From an uncultured Actinomycetota bacterium (GTDB lineage Bacteria > Actinomycetota > Actinomycetes > Streptosporangiales > Streptosporangiaceae), in the NCBI GenBank assembly GCA_963795335.1, contig CAWCHI010000010.1, positions 453,367 through 517,366 on the forward strand: 64,000 nt of DNA. The letters run 5' to 3'. The position numbers and the translations under genes were made by a program. The notes under the pieces were generated by a model. It did no database searches. It saw only the letters and a list, made by a program, of their open reading frames with translations, and was not told where the DNA came from. Shown here one piece after another: positions 9,909 through 20,273 of the stretch; position 1 is the stretch's first letter, and each line of letters begins with the position of its first letter.

Positions 9909-10826
9909 CTGGCGAACCGCAGGCCGGCCCGCGACCGACAGCCGGCCCTCCGGTAAGCCCGCTGATCAGCGTGGCCGAGCTGGCCGGGCTGCTCGCGGCG
10001 GGCTCACCGGAGGCGGCCGCGCGGCCGACCGTGCTCGACGTTCGCTGGCGGCTCGGCGGGCCCCCCGGACGGGAGCTGTACGACGCCGGGCACATCCCCG
10101 GGGCCGCCTTCGTCGACCTCGACCGCGACCTGGCGGGCCCGCCCGGCCCCGGCGGGCGCCACCCGCTGCCCGCCGCGGCCGACTTCGAGCGTGCGATGCG
10201 CCGGGCCGGGGTGACGGCCGGCCGGCCGGTGGTGGTCTACGACGACGCCGACGCGACCGCCGCCGCCCGGGCCTGGTGGCTGCTGCGCTACTTCGGCCAC
10301 CGGGCGGTCCGGGTGCTCGACGGCGGCTTCCGGGCCTGGACCGCGGCCGGCCAGCCTTCCGGCCCCGCCGGCGACGTCCCTCCACGGGGCACCCGATGTC
10401 CCGCAAGCACCGGGCGATTTCACCGCCCGGCCCGGCCAGCTCCCCCTGCTCGACGCGGACGGTGCGGCGTCGCTGGCCCGGTCGGGGCTGCTGCTCGACG
10501 CGCGGGCGGGGGAGCGGTACCGCGGCGAGAGCGAGCCGGTCGACCCCGTGGCGGGTCACATTCCCGGCGCGGTCAGCGCCCCGACGAGTGAGAACGTCAC
10601 CGCCGAGGGGACTTTCCGGCCCGCCGCCGAGCTCGCCGCCCGCTTCCGGGGGCTCGGCGCGGCCCCGGGCGGACCTGTCGGCGCCTACTGCGGGTCGGGT
10701 GTCACCGCCGCCCACGAGGTGCTGGCGCTGGAACTGGCGGGGCTGCCCGCCGCGCTCTACCTCGGCTCCTGGTCGAACTGGGTCACCGACCCGTCCCGGC
10801 CGGTCGCCACCGGGTCCGGCCGGTAG
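9905..10826 (+). CDS. sseA: Two-domain rhodanese / 3-mercaptopyruvate sulfurtransferase (frameshift near 10410)
   Basis: GHIPGAAFVD, AARAWWLLRY and VLDGG in ORF 9905; GHIPGA, active-site YCGSGVTA and YLGSWSNW in ORF 10548. Confidence 0.8.
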
Positions 10827-11033
10827 CCGCCGGCGTCCCGCCGGGGCGCGTTAACTGGCCATGAGATTAACGGCGGGCCTCCGGCATGTGACAAGCCGGC
10901 CGTCCATTTAGTAAGCCGCGAATTGACGGATGTAAATAATCTTCAATAACGCCTGAATGTGACAGAAAATGTTTGGCGGAACATCCGGTTAACACCCTAT
11001 GTAGTAATTTGCCTGGCCCGCATCATTTAAGGC

Positions 11034-12573
11034 ATGAAGAAGCTCTGGGTGGCCGCGCCCGCGGTCGTCGCCGCCCCCCTGGTGCTCGCGGTCTGCGTCA
11101 GCGCGGCTTCCCCGCCCGCCCCGGCGCTCACGCTGTCCCGCAGCGGGCCGGCCAGGTCCACGTTCGCCGGGCCCGTGGGCGTCACGGTGTCGTCGGTGAC
11201 GCCGACCTGGGCCACCGTCAGGTTTGTCCTCCCGGTGGCCGACCGCGCGGCCGCCAGCGACGAAGTCGCCGTCTACCCGGCGAAGCGCTGGCGGGCCAAG
11301 CCGGTTTTCAGGGGGGCCTTCGCCGGGTCCCCGGTCACCGTCACCGGGCTGAAGCCGTCGACCGCCTACGTCGCCGACGTCTCGGTCGACGGGGCTCCGG
11401 GCCATGCCGCGTCCGCGTGGGAGGGGAGCCGGGCCTTCAAGACGCCTGCGGGGCCCGCCGTGCCGGTCCCGGCCGCGTCATCGGCGACCGCTCCGGCCCC
11501 GGGCACGACCCCGGCCACCTCAACGCCGGCCTCGACGCCGGCCCCGGCGAGCCGGCGGCCGGCAGGCCGGCACCGCCGCCAGCACGGCGGCCAGCCCGGC
11601 GACCGTCCCATCGACCGCGACCGCGGCCCCCACCGTGCCGGTGACCGCGGCCCCCACCGTGCCGGTGACCGCGACGGACCCGTTCCCGACGTCCCCGTTC
11701 AGCACCGCGCCGGCGACCCCGCTGCCGTCGCCGGTGTCCACCGCGGCCGGCCCGGACCCGGCCACCCCGGGGACGGCCCCGTACGCACCGGCCCTGTCCG
11801 CCTACAGCACCGTGACACAGAGCTACTCGGCGAGCGACATCGTCAACGACGGCTGGGCCCAGGATGCCAACGACACCAACGAGGGTGACGCCACCTGCCC
11901 GGTCGCGAACACCACCTACTCGGCCGCCCTCGACGCGGTGGTGATGACGACCGCGGGCCAGCCCGCCGGCTCGGGCAACAACACCGACTGCGGGCACATC
12001 CGGTCGCAGTACACGGTGCCGACCAGCGGGGACGTGGTCGAGGCGAAGATCTGGCTGCCCAGCCTCACCACCGCCGCCACCTTCGGCGGCGCCAGCTACC
12101 CGGCGGGCACGCTGCTCGACTGGGCGTCGATGTGGACCGACGGCGCCAACAGCACCAACGGCACCGAGAACTGGCCCGCCGACACCGAGGTCGATGCGGT
12201 GGAGACTCAGTTCGGCACGAACTACGTGTCGGTCCACTCCGGCAGCGTCAGCTCCGGCGGCGGCAGCACCGGCGACTGGACCACCGAACCGCAGGGCTGG
12301 GAGCCCGCGGGCGCTGTCTACGCCGCGACCGACGCGGGGGTGCCCAACGTCCAGGGCGGCTGGAACGTGGTCGACATCGAGTTCACCGCCGCCGACGCCA
12401 ACATCTACTTCAATGGCGCCCTGTTCGTCACGGTTCCGGCCGGCCAGCTGACGCACGACCCGGCTTACCTCGACTTCGGAATCTCGGGGCCCAGCGATGA
12501 CAACTCGAACGACACCATGTGGCCGTCCGGCCCGGCAACGGAAGATGTCCAGTACGTGAAGGTCTTCGCGTAA
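11034..12573 (+). CDS. Secreted protein: FN3-like module, Pro/Thr/Ala linker, GH16-like jelly-roll domain (frameshift near 11555)
   Basis: Signal peptide; VTVTGLKPSTAY (FN3-like); C-terminal WASMW...NWPADTEVDAVE resembling GH16 WPxxGEIDxxE; ends VQYVKVFA. Confidence 0.6.
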
Positions 12574-12587
12574 TTGCGGGAACAGTT

Positions 12588-12627
12588 AATTCCCCGGGGA
12601 GATTACCCACGGGGAATTTCCTTTTCC
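12588..12627 (+). terminator. Probable intrinsic terminator between convergent genes
   Basis: AATTCCCCG...CGGGGAATT stem followed by a T-rich tract. Confidence 0.55.
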
Positions 12628-12661
12628 GGCCGTGGCCCATTCCCGGGCCGGGCGGATGACG

Positions 12662-13327
12662 TCACCGGCGGCCCAGGCCGCCCTGGCGCCACAGCGCCCA
12701 GGCGGCCACCGTCAGGGCGCCCGCCAGCAGCCCGATCGTGGCCGGGGTGAGGCCCGCCACCGCCACCGCGGCCACCGCGGCCGCCGCCGCGCAGCCGACC
12801 CGCAGCAGCAGGCCCCGGCCCGCCCTCCGGGGCCACCAGCCGCTGCCTGCCTGCCAGCGCCTTCCCGCCTGTCGGCGCCACCTGCCTGCCAGCCAGAGCC
12901 TGCCTGCCGGCCAGAGCCCGCCTGCCTGCCGGCGTCGGCCTGGCCGCCACTGCCCGCGCCGGTGCCAGCGGCTGCCGCGGGCGGGGGATGGGCCGGCCGA
13001 CGATGGGCCGGCCAGCCGCGCCCGGTGGGCGCCGCGCCGTCCCCGGCGACTGTGGCGGGGCCGGCGGCCGGCGGCGGCTGGCCCGCCCCCGAGGTCGGCC
13101 AGGGCCTCACCGCGGCCGAAGGAGGTCCGCAGCTGCATGTAGGCCGCCGCGGCGGAGCCGAACCGGTCCGGGTCGCCGCCATCCTCCCGGTCCGGGTGGG
13201 TGGACGCCGCGATCCGCCGCCACGCCGCCCGCACGTCGTCGTCGGACAGCTGCGCCGTCACGGGCAGCCCGAGCATGGCGAACGGGTTGTCGGTCACCGT
13301 CAGCTCCTTTCGGCGGGAATCAGCCAC
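12662..13327 (-). CDS. J-domain (DnaJ-like) membrane protein
   Basis: NPFAMLGL, AWRRIAASTHPDREDGG (HPD motif), two C-terminal TM segments. Confidence 0.8.
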   Translation of the reverse strand: MADSRRKELTVTDNPFAMLGLPVTAQLSDDDVRAAWRRIAASTHPDREDGGDPDRFGSAAAAYMQLRTSFGRGEALADLGGGPAAAGRRPRHSRRGRRGAHRARLAGPSSAGPSPARGSRWHRRGQWRPGRRRQAGGLWPAGRLWLAGRWRRQAGRRWQAGSGWWPRRAGRGLLLRVGCAAAAAVAAVAVAGLTPATIGLLAGALTVAAWALWRQGGLGRR

Positions 13328-15305
13328 GGCGGGGCCCGAATGCCTCGTCGAGAACCTCGCTCGCGTCAGGCAGGGCCGGCCCGGGGACCGGGCCCGCCCC
13401 CGCTCCGGCCACCGGCAGCGGCTGGGTGGGCGCGGCGGCCCGGTCGCCGGCGGCGCCCCGGGGCGCCATCCCGCCGGTGGGCGCGGCCGGGGCCGGCACC
13501 GCGGCGGCGCCGATCGCCGCCTGCAGCCCGGTCAGCCGCTTGACCTGGAGGTAGGTCACCCCGCCGCGGTACACGTAGCAGGCCTGGCCCGTGTCCAGCT
13601 GCCGCACCAGGTCACCGTCGAGTACCGGGGCGGGCCGGGCGCGCGACAGCCCGTCGTCTTGCCACGGGCCTGCGCCGGAGAAGCGCCGGGTGGTGTCCAC
13701 CGACGGCAGCGTCCCGGCCAGCGCGGCCACCGGCTCCGGGCGGGGCGTGCGCAGCAGCCAGATGCCGCCCTCGGCGGTGGCGGCGACCCGCTGCCGTTCG
13801 TCTTCCGTTTCGGCCAGGCCCTCCCACGACTGGGCCGAGACCTGGACCGCGAGCCCGAGCGAGCGGGCCCGCTCGTAGAGCCGGGAGATCGGCAGCCGCC
13901 GGGACACGGCCGAGAACTCATCGACGCAGAGCAAGATCTCCCGCTCGCCGCCCAGCGCGTAGTACGCCAGCAGGTCGGTCAGCGCCCGGGCCTGCGCCTC
14001 CGCCACCGCCACCTCGGCCGTGCCCTCGAGCACGCAGTACCAGGCGTCCCCGTCGGCGAACGTCCAGCCGCCGTCGAGCCCGGGCCCGAGCCGCCGCCAC
14101 AGCGCCCGGAACCGCAGCTTCACGTCCTCCACGGCCTTGCGGCCCGAGCGCACCGCCGCCAGCGCGTCCGCGTCGCCGGTGGCGGCGTAGGCGGCGGTCA
14201 GCCAGTCGGCGTCGAGCCGGGCGAGGAACCCGGCCGAGTCCGCGGGCGGGCCGCCCGGCGCCCGGACCGCCAGCTCGACCAGGGCCTCCATCACGTCCGT
14301 GTAGTAGGCGGCTCCGCCGGCGCCGTGCTCGACCAGGTCGAGCAGCGTGGTCACCAGCCGGTCGGGCGGCAGCGTCCACAGCGACAGCGACGCCTCGTCG
14401 GGCCAGACCGCGGTCGACCGCGCGCCCGCGTCGCGCAGCACCCGCCGGGTCCGGTCGGCCACCTTGCGCGAAGAAGCGCCGCCCTTGCAGTCGAGCACTA
14501 CCAGCAGCGGCCGCCGCCCGGTCCCGGCCGCGTACCGGCGCAGGCCGGCCGCCATGAACCCGGCCCACAGGCGCAGCAGCAGGGTCGTCTTGCCGGTGCC
14601 GGTCGAGCCGATCACCACCTGATGGGCGCGCAGCCGCTCGTAGGGGATCGCGGCCGCCCGGCCCGCCCGGTGCCGCACCGAGCGGATCACCGCGCCGGTC
14701 ACCACGTGCCCGCCGCGCGACAGCAGCGGCAGCGACCCGGGCGCCGCGATCAGCGCCCGGGCGCCGCGCACCTGGTGGCGCCACTGGCGGGCGTCGAACG
14801 CGGCCGGCGCGCGCGGCGTGAGCCCGCCCGTCCCGCTGTCCATCCGCGCGATCCGGTAGGACCAGGCGAGCGCCCCCGCCAGCAGGCCGAGCGGGATCGC
14901 GGGCGGCGCCGCCGCGACCGCGGCGGCGGCCAGGTGCCCGTGGCCAGCCAGCCGCCAGCTCGCGGCCCAGGCCCTGACGGGGGCGGCCGCCGCCCGGTAC
15001 CAGGGGCTCCCCGGGCCGGTCCCGGCCGGGTCAGTGCCCGCGGGACCGGGTCCGGCCGGCCAGACCGCGGCCGCGGCCAGCCACGCGGCGGTCATCGGCC
15101 CGCACCACAGGACGCTCACGGCCAGCCGCCGCGGCGGGCACCCGCGCCACCAGCCGTAGCCGAACGCCGCCGCCGCGACCACCGTCACCGGCGCCGCCGC
15201 TACCGCCAGGGCGGCCAGCACGGTGATCCGGGCCACGCGCGCCAGCCCGCGCCCGAGCGCCCGCCGCACAGGATGGCCGCCCTGGGCGGCACGCTGCCGG
15301 CTCAC
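13320..15305 (-). CDS. TraD/VirD4-like coupling-protein ATPase
   Basis: N-terminal TM segments, HQVVIGSTGTGKT (Walker A), VVLDCKGG, LLCVDEFS (Walker B), YERARSLG, SAQS. Confidence 0.75.
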   Translation of the reverse strand: MSRQRAAQGGHPVRRALGRGLARVARITVLAALAVAAAPVTVVAAAAFGYGWWRGCPPRRLAVSVLWCGPMTAAWLAAAAVWPAGPGPAGTDPAGTGPGSPWYRAAAAPVRAWAASWRLAGHGHLAAAAVAAAPPAIPLGLLAGALAWSYRIARMDSGTGGLTPRAPAAFDARQWRHQVRGARALIAAPGSLPLLSRGGHVVTGAVIRSVRHRAGRAAAIPYERLRAHQVVIGSTGTGKTTLLLRLWAGFMAAGLRRYAAGTGRRPLLVVLDCKGGASSRKVADRTRRVLRDAGARSTAVWPDEASLSLWTLPPDRLVTTLLDLVEHGAGGAAYYTDVMEALVELAVRAPGGPPADSAGFLARLDADWLTAAYAATGDADALAAVRSGRKAVEDVKLRFRALWRRLGPGLDGGWTFADGDAWYCVLEGTAEVAVAEAQARALTDLLAYYALGGEREILLCVDEFSAVSRRLPISRLYERARSLGLAVQVSAQSWEGLAETEDERQRVAATAEGGIWLLRTPRPEPVAALAGTLPSVDTTRRFSGAGPWQDDGLSRARPAPVLDGDLVRQLDTGQACYVYRGGVTYLQVKRLTGLQAAIGAAAVPAPAAPTGGMAPRGAAGDRAAAPTQPLPVAGAGAGPVPGPALPDASEVLDEAFGPRRG

Positions 15306-15547
15306 GGGCCCACTCCAGCACGGCGGACGGGCCGAACGCGTCGGTCACCGGCTTACGAATCCCTTACGCCTTCTTGGCCCGGCGGCTTGTCGAGGCTGGG
15401 GTGCTCCGGCACGCCGTCCCCGCCCTTCGCCGTTCCCGCGGGCTCAGTGCGCGGGGATCTCGGCGTGCCACGGTCCGTTCTCCCGGCGGATGCTCCCGTC
15501 CGGCCGGATCGTGACTGCGGCCCCGTGGGCGGGCCGCCCGCCGCCGG

Positions 15548-16294
15548 TCAGCACGGCGCCAGCAGGGCGCCCGGCGCGAGATCGCGCACCTCCACCCGGG
15601 CGCCGAGCGGGCCGAGGGCGTCCCGGGCGCGCAGCACCGTCCGCAGCGCGGCCGGCGAGCACAGGTACAGCGCCCGGGCGTGCCGCGGCGGGCGCCCGGG
15701 CACCGCCGCCTCGGCCGCGGGGCAGCCGTAGTCGCCGGTCCGGCCGAGGATCTCGCGCATGATGGCGGCCGTCCTGGCCACCGTCTTAGCCGACAGCTCG
15801 GCCTCGACCGCCCAGCATTCACCGGCCCAGCCGACCGCGGCCCCGTCTGGCCAGTGCACCTCACCGTCGGGCAGGTGCTGGCGGGCACCGACCCGGTGCC
15901 GGGACCTGATCCGCCGCTCGCAGCGCCAGAACGCCGCCGCCTGGCGGTAGCCGCTGGTCGCCTCCAGCGCCAGCCGGCAGGCGGTGACCGCCCGGATGTG
16001 GGCCAGCCGGGACAGCGCGGGCCGCGCGGGCGTGTACTCCCGTCCGCAGGCGGCCAGCCCGGCCCGGGTCACCCAGAGCCAGGCCGGGCCCGGCCCGAGC
16101 CGGGCGGTGTCGGCGTAGCCGAGCGCCCGCCAGCGGGCGGCCGCCGCCCGGGCCGCGGCCGGGCCCCCGGTCAGCTCGGCGAGCTGGTCGAGCTGCAGGC
16201 CGTACATGTCGGCGGCGAGGATCAGCGCGTCCGCGTTCCTGACCGCGAGGCCGCGCCCGTCCGGTCGGCGGGTCGCGCCGCCCGCTTCGGTCAT
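15548..16294 (-). CDS. Replication-relaxation (Replic_Relax)-like protein with wHTH and PD-(D/E)xK-type nuclease motifs
   Basis: LAHIRAV, W.CER, HLPDG...WAVEAELSAK pattern; adjacent to the coupling-protein gene. Confidence 0.6.
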   Translation of the reverse strand: MTEAGGATRRPDGRGLAVRNADALILAADMYGLQLDQLAELTGGPAAARAAAARWRALGYADTARLGPGPAWLWVTRAGLAACGREYTPARPALSRLAHIRAVTACRLALEATSGYRQAAAFWRCERRIRSRHRVGARQHLPDGEVHWPDGAAVGWAGECWAVEAELSAKTVARTAAIMREILGRTGDYGCPAAEAAVPGRPPRHARALYLCSPAALRTVLRARDALGPLGARVEVRDLAPGALLAPC

Positions 16295-16399
16295 CGGTCA
16301 CCGCCCTCACGCGTTGGTTACGAAATGGTGCTAAGCGTAACAAGGCGGCCTGGGCCCGCACCGTCGTTTCCGGGACCAGCACCGGAACCTGGCCGGCGT

Positions 16400-17705
16400 T
16401 CACAGGTGCAGGGCCAGCCACAGGCACAGCACCGACAGGGCCACCCCGGGGAGGACGGTCGCCACGCCGAGCCGGGTGAACTCGCCCAGCGGCGCGTCCG
16501 TTCCCGCGTCCCGCAGCACCCGCCGCCACAGCAGCGTGGCCAGCGACCCGGTGTAGCTCAGGTTCGGCCCGATGTTGACCCCGATCAGCACGGCCAGCAC
16601 CGGCCCGGCCGCCGTCGCCCCGGCCGGCGTCACCAGCGGCAGCATCACCAGCACGGCGGGCAGGTTGTTGACCACCGCCGCCAGCACCGCCGACAGCCCG
16701 GCGACCGCCAGCAGGGCGGGCAGCGACGAGCCCGACGGCACCGCCGGCCGCAGCGCTGAGCCGAGCCCGTTGTCCACCACCGCCGCCACCACGATCGCCA
16801 GGGCGACCACGAACAGCAGGAACGGCACGTCCGCGCTGTGGGCGATCGCCCCGGCCGATGTCTCCCGGCGGAGCAGGGCGCGCGCTCCGAGCAGCAGCGC
16901 CCCGCCGAGGGCGGCCCAGGCCGGGTTGACCCCCGCCGTCGAGGCGACCACGAAGCCCGCCAGCGTCGCCGCGACCACGCAGAGCGAGAACACCGGGGCG
17001 GGGCCGGCCGCCGGCCTGGCCCGCGGAGCCCGTCTCCCCGGGCTCCGGCCCACCCGCGGCCCCGGGGCCAGCAGCAGGCGGTAGCAGGTCGGCCGCGAAC
17101 GTCAGCCTGATCACCACGTACTCGACCGCGATGGCCGCCACCCAGGGCAGTGCCATCAGCCCGGCGAAGCGGGTGAACGACAGCCCGCTGACGGCGAACG
17201 CCAGCAGGTTGGTCAGGTTGGAGACCGGGAGCAGGAGCGAGGCCGAGTTGGCCAGGTGGCCGCAGGCGTAGGCGTGCGGCCGGGCCCGCACGGCGAGCCG
17301 GCCCGCCGCGATCAGCACCACCGGGGTCAGCAGCACCACCGTCGCGTCGAGCGACAGCACCGCGGTGGTCAGCGCGGCGACCGCGAACACCCGGACCAGC
17401 AGCCGCCGGGCGGCCCCCGGCCCGTCGCCGCGGCCGAGCCAGGCCCCCAGGTAGCGGAACAGCCCGTCGTCGTCGCACAGCTTGGCCAGCACGAGCACGC
17501 AGGCCAGGAACCCGATCACCGGCGCCAGCCGCCGGGCCTGGGCGTCGGCCTCGGCCAGCGACACCGCGCCGACGGCGAGGACCAGGGCCGCGCCCGGCAC
17601 CGCGGCGACCGCCTCGGGCCATCCCCGCGGCCGCCGGACCGCCCAGCCGAGGATGACGGCCAGGGCCGCCACCGAGATGACCTCGGCCGTCACGGACGTG
17701 TGCAT
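16400..17705 (-). CDS. ArsB/NhaD-family membrane transporter (frameshift near 17050-17085)
   Basis: LSLDATVVLLTP and ANSASLLLPVSNLTNLL in the N-half; NNLPA and IGVNIGPNLSYTGSLATLLW in the C-half. Confidence 0.85.
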
Positions 17706-17928
17706 CCCGACATTCTGCCTGGGTCCGGGGCTGGGGCCGTACCCGGTGGCCGTTCAGGGCACCTCGGCCGGCCTGTTCGGCACGGGCCCGGCCGCGGCGG
17801 GCCGCCGCGGCCGAGGCGGCGCTGGCGGACGGGGCCGCCCAGTCCTAGACGCCCGGCCGGCCCCAGGACCAGCACGTTCGCGCCCCCTCCGTGAACGGTC
17901 ACCCCACTGCCGGGCGGACAATAGAGGG

Positions 17929-19599
17929 GTGAGGTTGCGCACCAGGCTCGCCCGGCAGCTCCGGCACCCCATGCGGTGGCTGTCGTTCCTTGCCAGCGGC
18001 GTGCCCGTCATCCTGGTCTTTCCCGGGCCGTCGCTGTCCTATCTGGCATGGTTCGCCCTGGTCCCGGGGATGGTGCTGTTCACCCGGGCCCCGACCACCC
18101 GCGAGGCGGCCGCGCGCGGCTGGTGGTTCGGGGCCGGCTACCTCATCGCGATGCTGTACTGGATGGCAGCCCAGGTCGGCCCCGGCCTGATCGTGGTCGG
18201 CGCGGTCTTCGGGTGCATGTGGTCGCCGTACGCGATCGCCGTCGCCCGGCTGCTGCGCCCGCCCGTGAGCTGGCCCCGCGCGGGGGCCGCGCTGCTGGTG
18301 GTGCCCAGCGCCTGGCTGGTGCCCGAGTGGATCCGGTCCTATCAGGGGCTCGGCGGCCCCTGGGCCCTGTACGGGGCCTCCCAGTGGCAGCACCCGGCCG
18401 TCCTCGCCCTGGCCGGAATCGGCGGCGTGTGGCTGGTCAGCGTGGCCCTGCTGATCGCTAACACCGGGCTCATGCTGCTGGCGGGCGCGATCCGGCCGCG
18501 GCTGCTGACTCCCGCGCCGGCCGGGCAGCCCGCGGTGCCCGGGACGCGCCACCGGGCCGCGCTGGCCGCGACCGGGATCGCCGCGTTCGCCGTCGCCGCC
18601 CTGGCCGGACCAGTCACGTTCGCCCTCACCGCCCCGTTCCCGGCCGTCCGCCAGGTCACCGTCGCCCTGGTCCAGCCGGGCGTGGTCAACGACCCGGCCC
18701 AGCGGGTGGACGCGTCCGAGAGGCTGACCCGGCAGTACTTCGCGGGCGCGCACGACCATCCCGACCTGGTCGTGTGGGGTGAGTCGAGCGTCGCCTACGA
18801 CCTCGCCACCGACCCGTCCCTGCTGCACGACATCGAACGACTGTCAGCTCAGTCCCAGGCGGAGATCCTGGTCAACCAGGACTCCAGCCTGCCCGGTCCG
18901 GGCGGTGGCCAGGAGAAGGTCGCGGTGCTGGTCAGCCCGCAGGGAATCGAGGGCCGCTACGTGAAGACCCGGCTGGTCCCGTTCGGCGAGTACATCCCGT
19001 TCCGGCAGCAGCTGGGCTGGCTGACCAGCATCAGCAAGGCGGCGCCGGCCAACATGATCCCCGGCACCGGGGCCCGCACGCTCACCGTGACCAGCCCGTC
19101 CGGCACGACCCCGCCGCTCGGCATCGGCGTGCTGATCTGCTTCGAGTCCGCCTTCCCGGACATGTCCCGGGTCGAGGTGAGCCAGGGCGCTCAGCTGATC
19201 GTCTACCAGTCGGCGACCTCGACCTTCCAGGGCACCTGGGGTCCCGACCAGCAGGCCAGCCTGGCCGCGATCCGGGCCGCGGAGAGCGGCCGGCCGGTGG
19301 TCCAGGCCGCGCTGACCGGGGACACGGTGGCGTTCGACGCCCGCGGCCGCCAGCTCGCCTGGCTCAGCCAGGACGACAGCGGCGTCCTCCCGGTGACGCT
19401 GAGCCTGCCTGCGCAGTCCACGCGGACCTTCTACGACCAGGCCGGGGACTACGTGATGTGGACCGGGGTAGCCGTCACTGCGGTCGCGGCGCTGGTCATG
19501 CTGCTACGCCGGCGACGTTTTCTAGGCGGTACCCCTGGTGCGGGCACCGATCGTACGGCAGAATACGATGCGGATAGTGGAGATCCAGTGCGGAGCTAG
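17929..19599 (+). CDS. lnt: Apolipoprotein N-acyltransferase
   Basis: VALVQPG, VVWGESS, YVKTRLVPFGEYIP, LICFESAFP, IRAAESGRP; start placed at GTG 17929. Confidence 0.92.
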   Translation: MRLRTRLARQLRHPMRWLSFLASGVPVILVFPGPSLSYLAWFALVPGMVLFTRAPTTREAAARGWWFGAGYLIAMLYWMAAQVGPGLIVVGAVFGCMWSPYAIAVARLLRPPVSWPRAGAALLVVPSAWLVPEWIRSYQGLGGPWALYGASQWQHPAVLALAGIGGVWLVSVALLIANTGLMLLAGAIRPRLLTPAPAGQPAVPGTRHRAALAATGIAAFAVAALAGPVTFALTAPFPAVRQVTVALVQPGVVNDPAQRVDASERLTRQYFAGAHDHPDLVVWGESSVAYDLATDPSLLHDIERLSAQSQAEILVNQDSSLPGPGGGQEKVAVLVSPQGIEGRYVKTRLVPFGEYIPFRQQLGWLTSISKAAPANMIPGTGARTLTVTSPSGTTPPLGIGVLICFESAFPDMSRVEVSQGAQLIVYQSATSTFQGTWGPDQQASLAAIRAAESGRPVVQAALTGDTVAFDARGRQLAWLSQDDSGVLPVTLSLPAQSTRTFYDQAGDYVMWTGVAVTAVAALVMLLRRRRFLGGTPGAGTDRTAEYDADSGDPVRS

Positions 19600-19709
19600 T
19601 GCGCCTGGTTCTCCGACAACTGAGTTCACCGCACGACCGCAACACGGCGCTGACCGAGCTGGATGAGGACGCAGGGGAAGGCGAACCTCGTCTTACGCAG
19701 GGAGGCACT

Positions 19710-20204
19710 GTGTCGGTTTACGGCGTTCTGCAGGTCCATTCGGCGCCACCCGCGCTGTGCCCGCACATCGAGTGGGCAGTGGCGGGGACCGTCGGGACCG
19801 CTGTCAGCATGCCCTGGGTCAGCCAGCCCGCTGCCCCAGGGTCTGTTCGGGCTGAGCTCACCTGGAAAGGGCGGGCAGGCACGGCCGGGGCGATCACGTC
19901 GGCCCTCGCGGGCTGGAACCGGCTCCGCTTCGAGGTCACCGAGGAGGCGTCGCCCGGCTGCGACGCCATGCGCTACTGCTACACGCCCAACCTCGGTGTC
20001 TACTCCGCCACCACCAGTGCCAACGGCGACATCCTGGTCCCGGAGAACAAGCTCCGGGCGGCGCTCGCGCTCGGCGCCAACGGCACCTCAGTGCTCGAGG
20101 GCGAGCTGCAGCGGCTGCTCGGCTCGGCCTGGGACCACGAGCTGGAGGCATTCCGCCGGGCCGGCGACGGCGCCCCTGTCCGCTGGCTCAACGCCACCGG
20201 CTGA
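19710..20204 (+). CDS. DUF3145 family protein
   Basis: GVLQVHSAPPALCPHIEWAV, LRFEVTEE, WDHELEAFRRAGDGAPVRWL; GGAGG RBS before GTG 19710. Confidence 0.88.
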   Translation: MSVYGVLQVHSAPPALCPHIEWAVAGTVGTAVSMPWVSQPAAPGSVRAELTWKGRAGTAGAITSALAGWNRLRFEVTEEASPGCDAMRYCYTPNLGVYSATTSANGDILVPENKLRAALALGANGTSVLEGELQRLLGSAWDHELEAFRRAGDGAPVRWLNATG

Positions 20205-20224
20205 GCAACCGGGAGCGACTGCGC

Positions 20225-20263
20225 GGACGGGACGGACGGGACGGACGGGACGGACGGGACGGA
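20225..20263. repeat. 9-bp tandem repeat (GGACGGGAC)x4 plus a partial unit, intergenic
   Basis: Direct reading. Confidence 0.8.
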
Positions 20264-20273
20264 TAATGAGCGC

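Noticed and set aside
10372-10410. Possible second in-gene repeat element in the rhodanese inter-domain linker
   Set aside because: Single copy in the window and it coincides with a frameshift; cannot be supported here.
12840-12945. CCTGCCTGCC-containing repeats in the J-domain gene
   Set aside because: Degenerate low-complexity linker coding; no sign of a separate element.
15444-15662. Small ORF between the relaxase-like and coupling-protein genes
   Set aside because: Mostly overlaps the upstream gene, with no RBS or recognisable motif.
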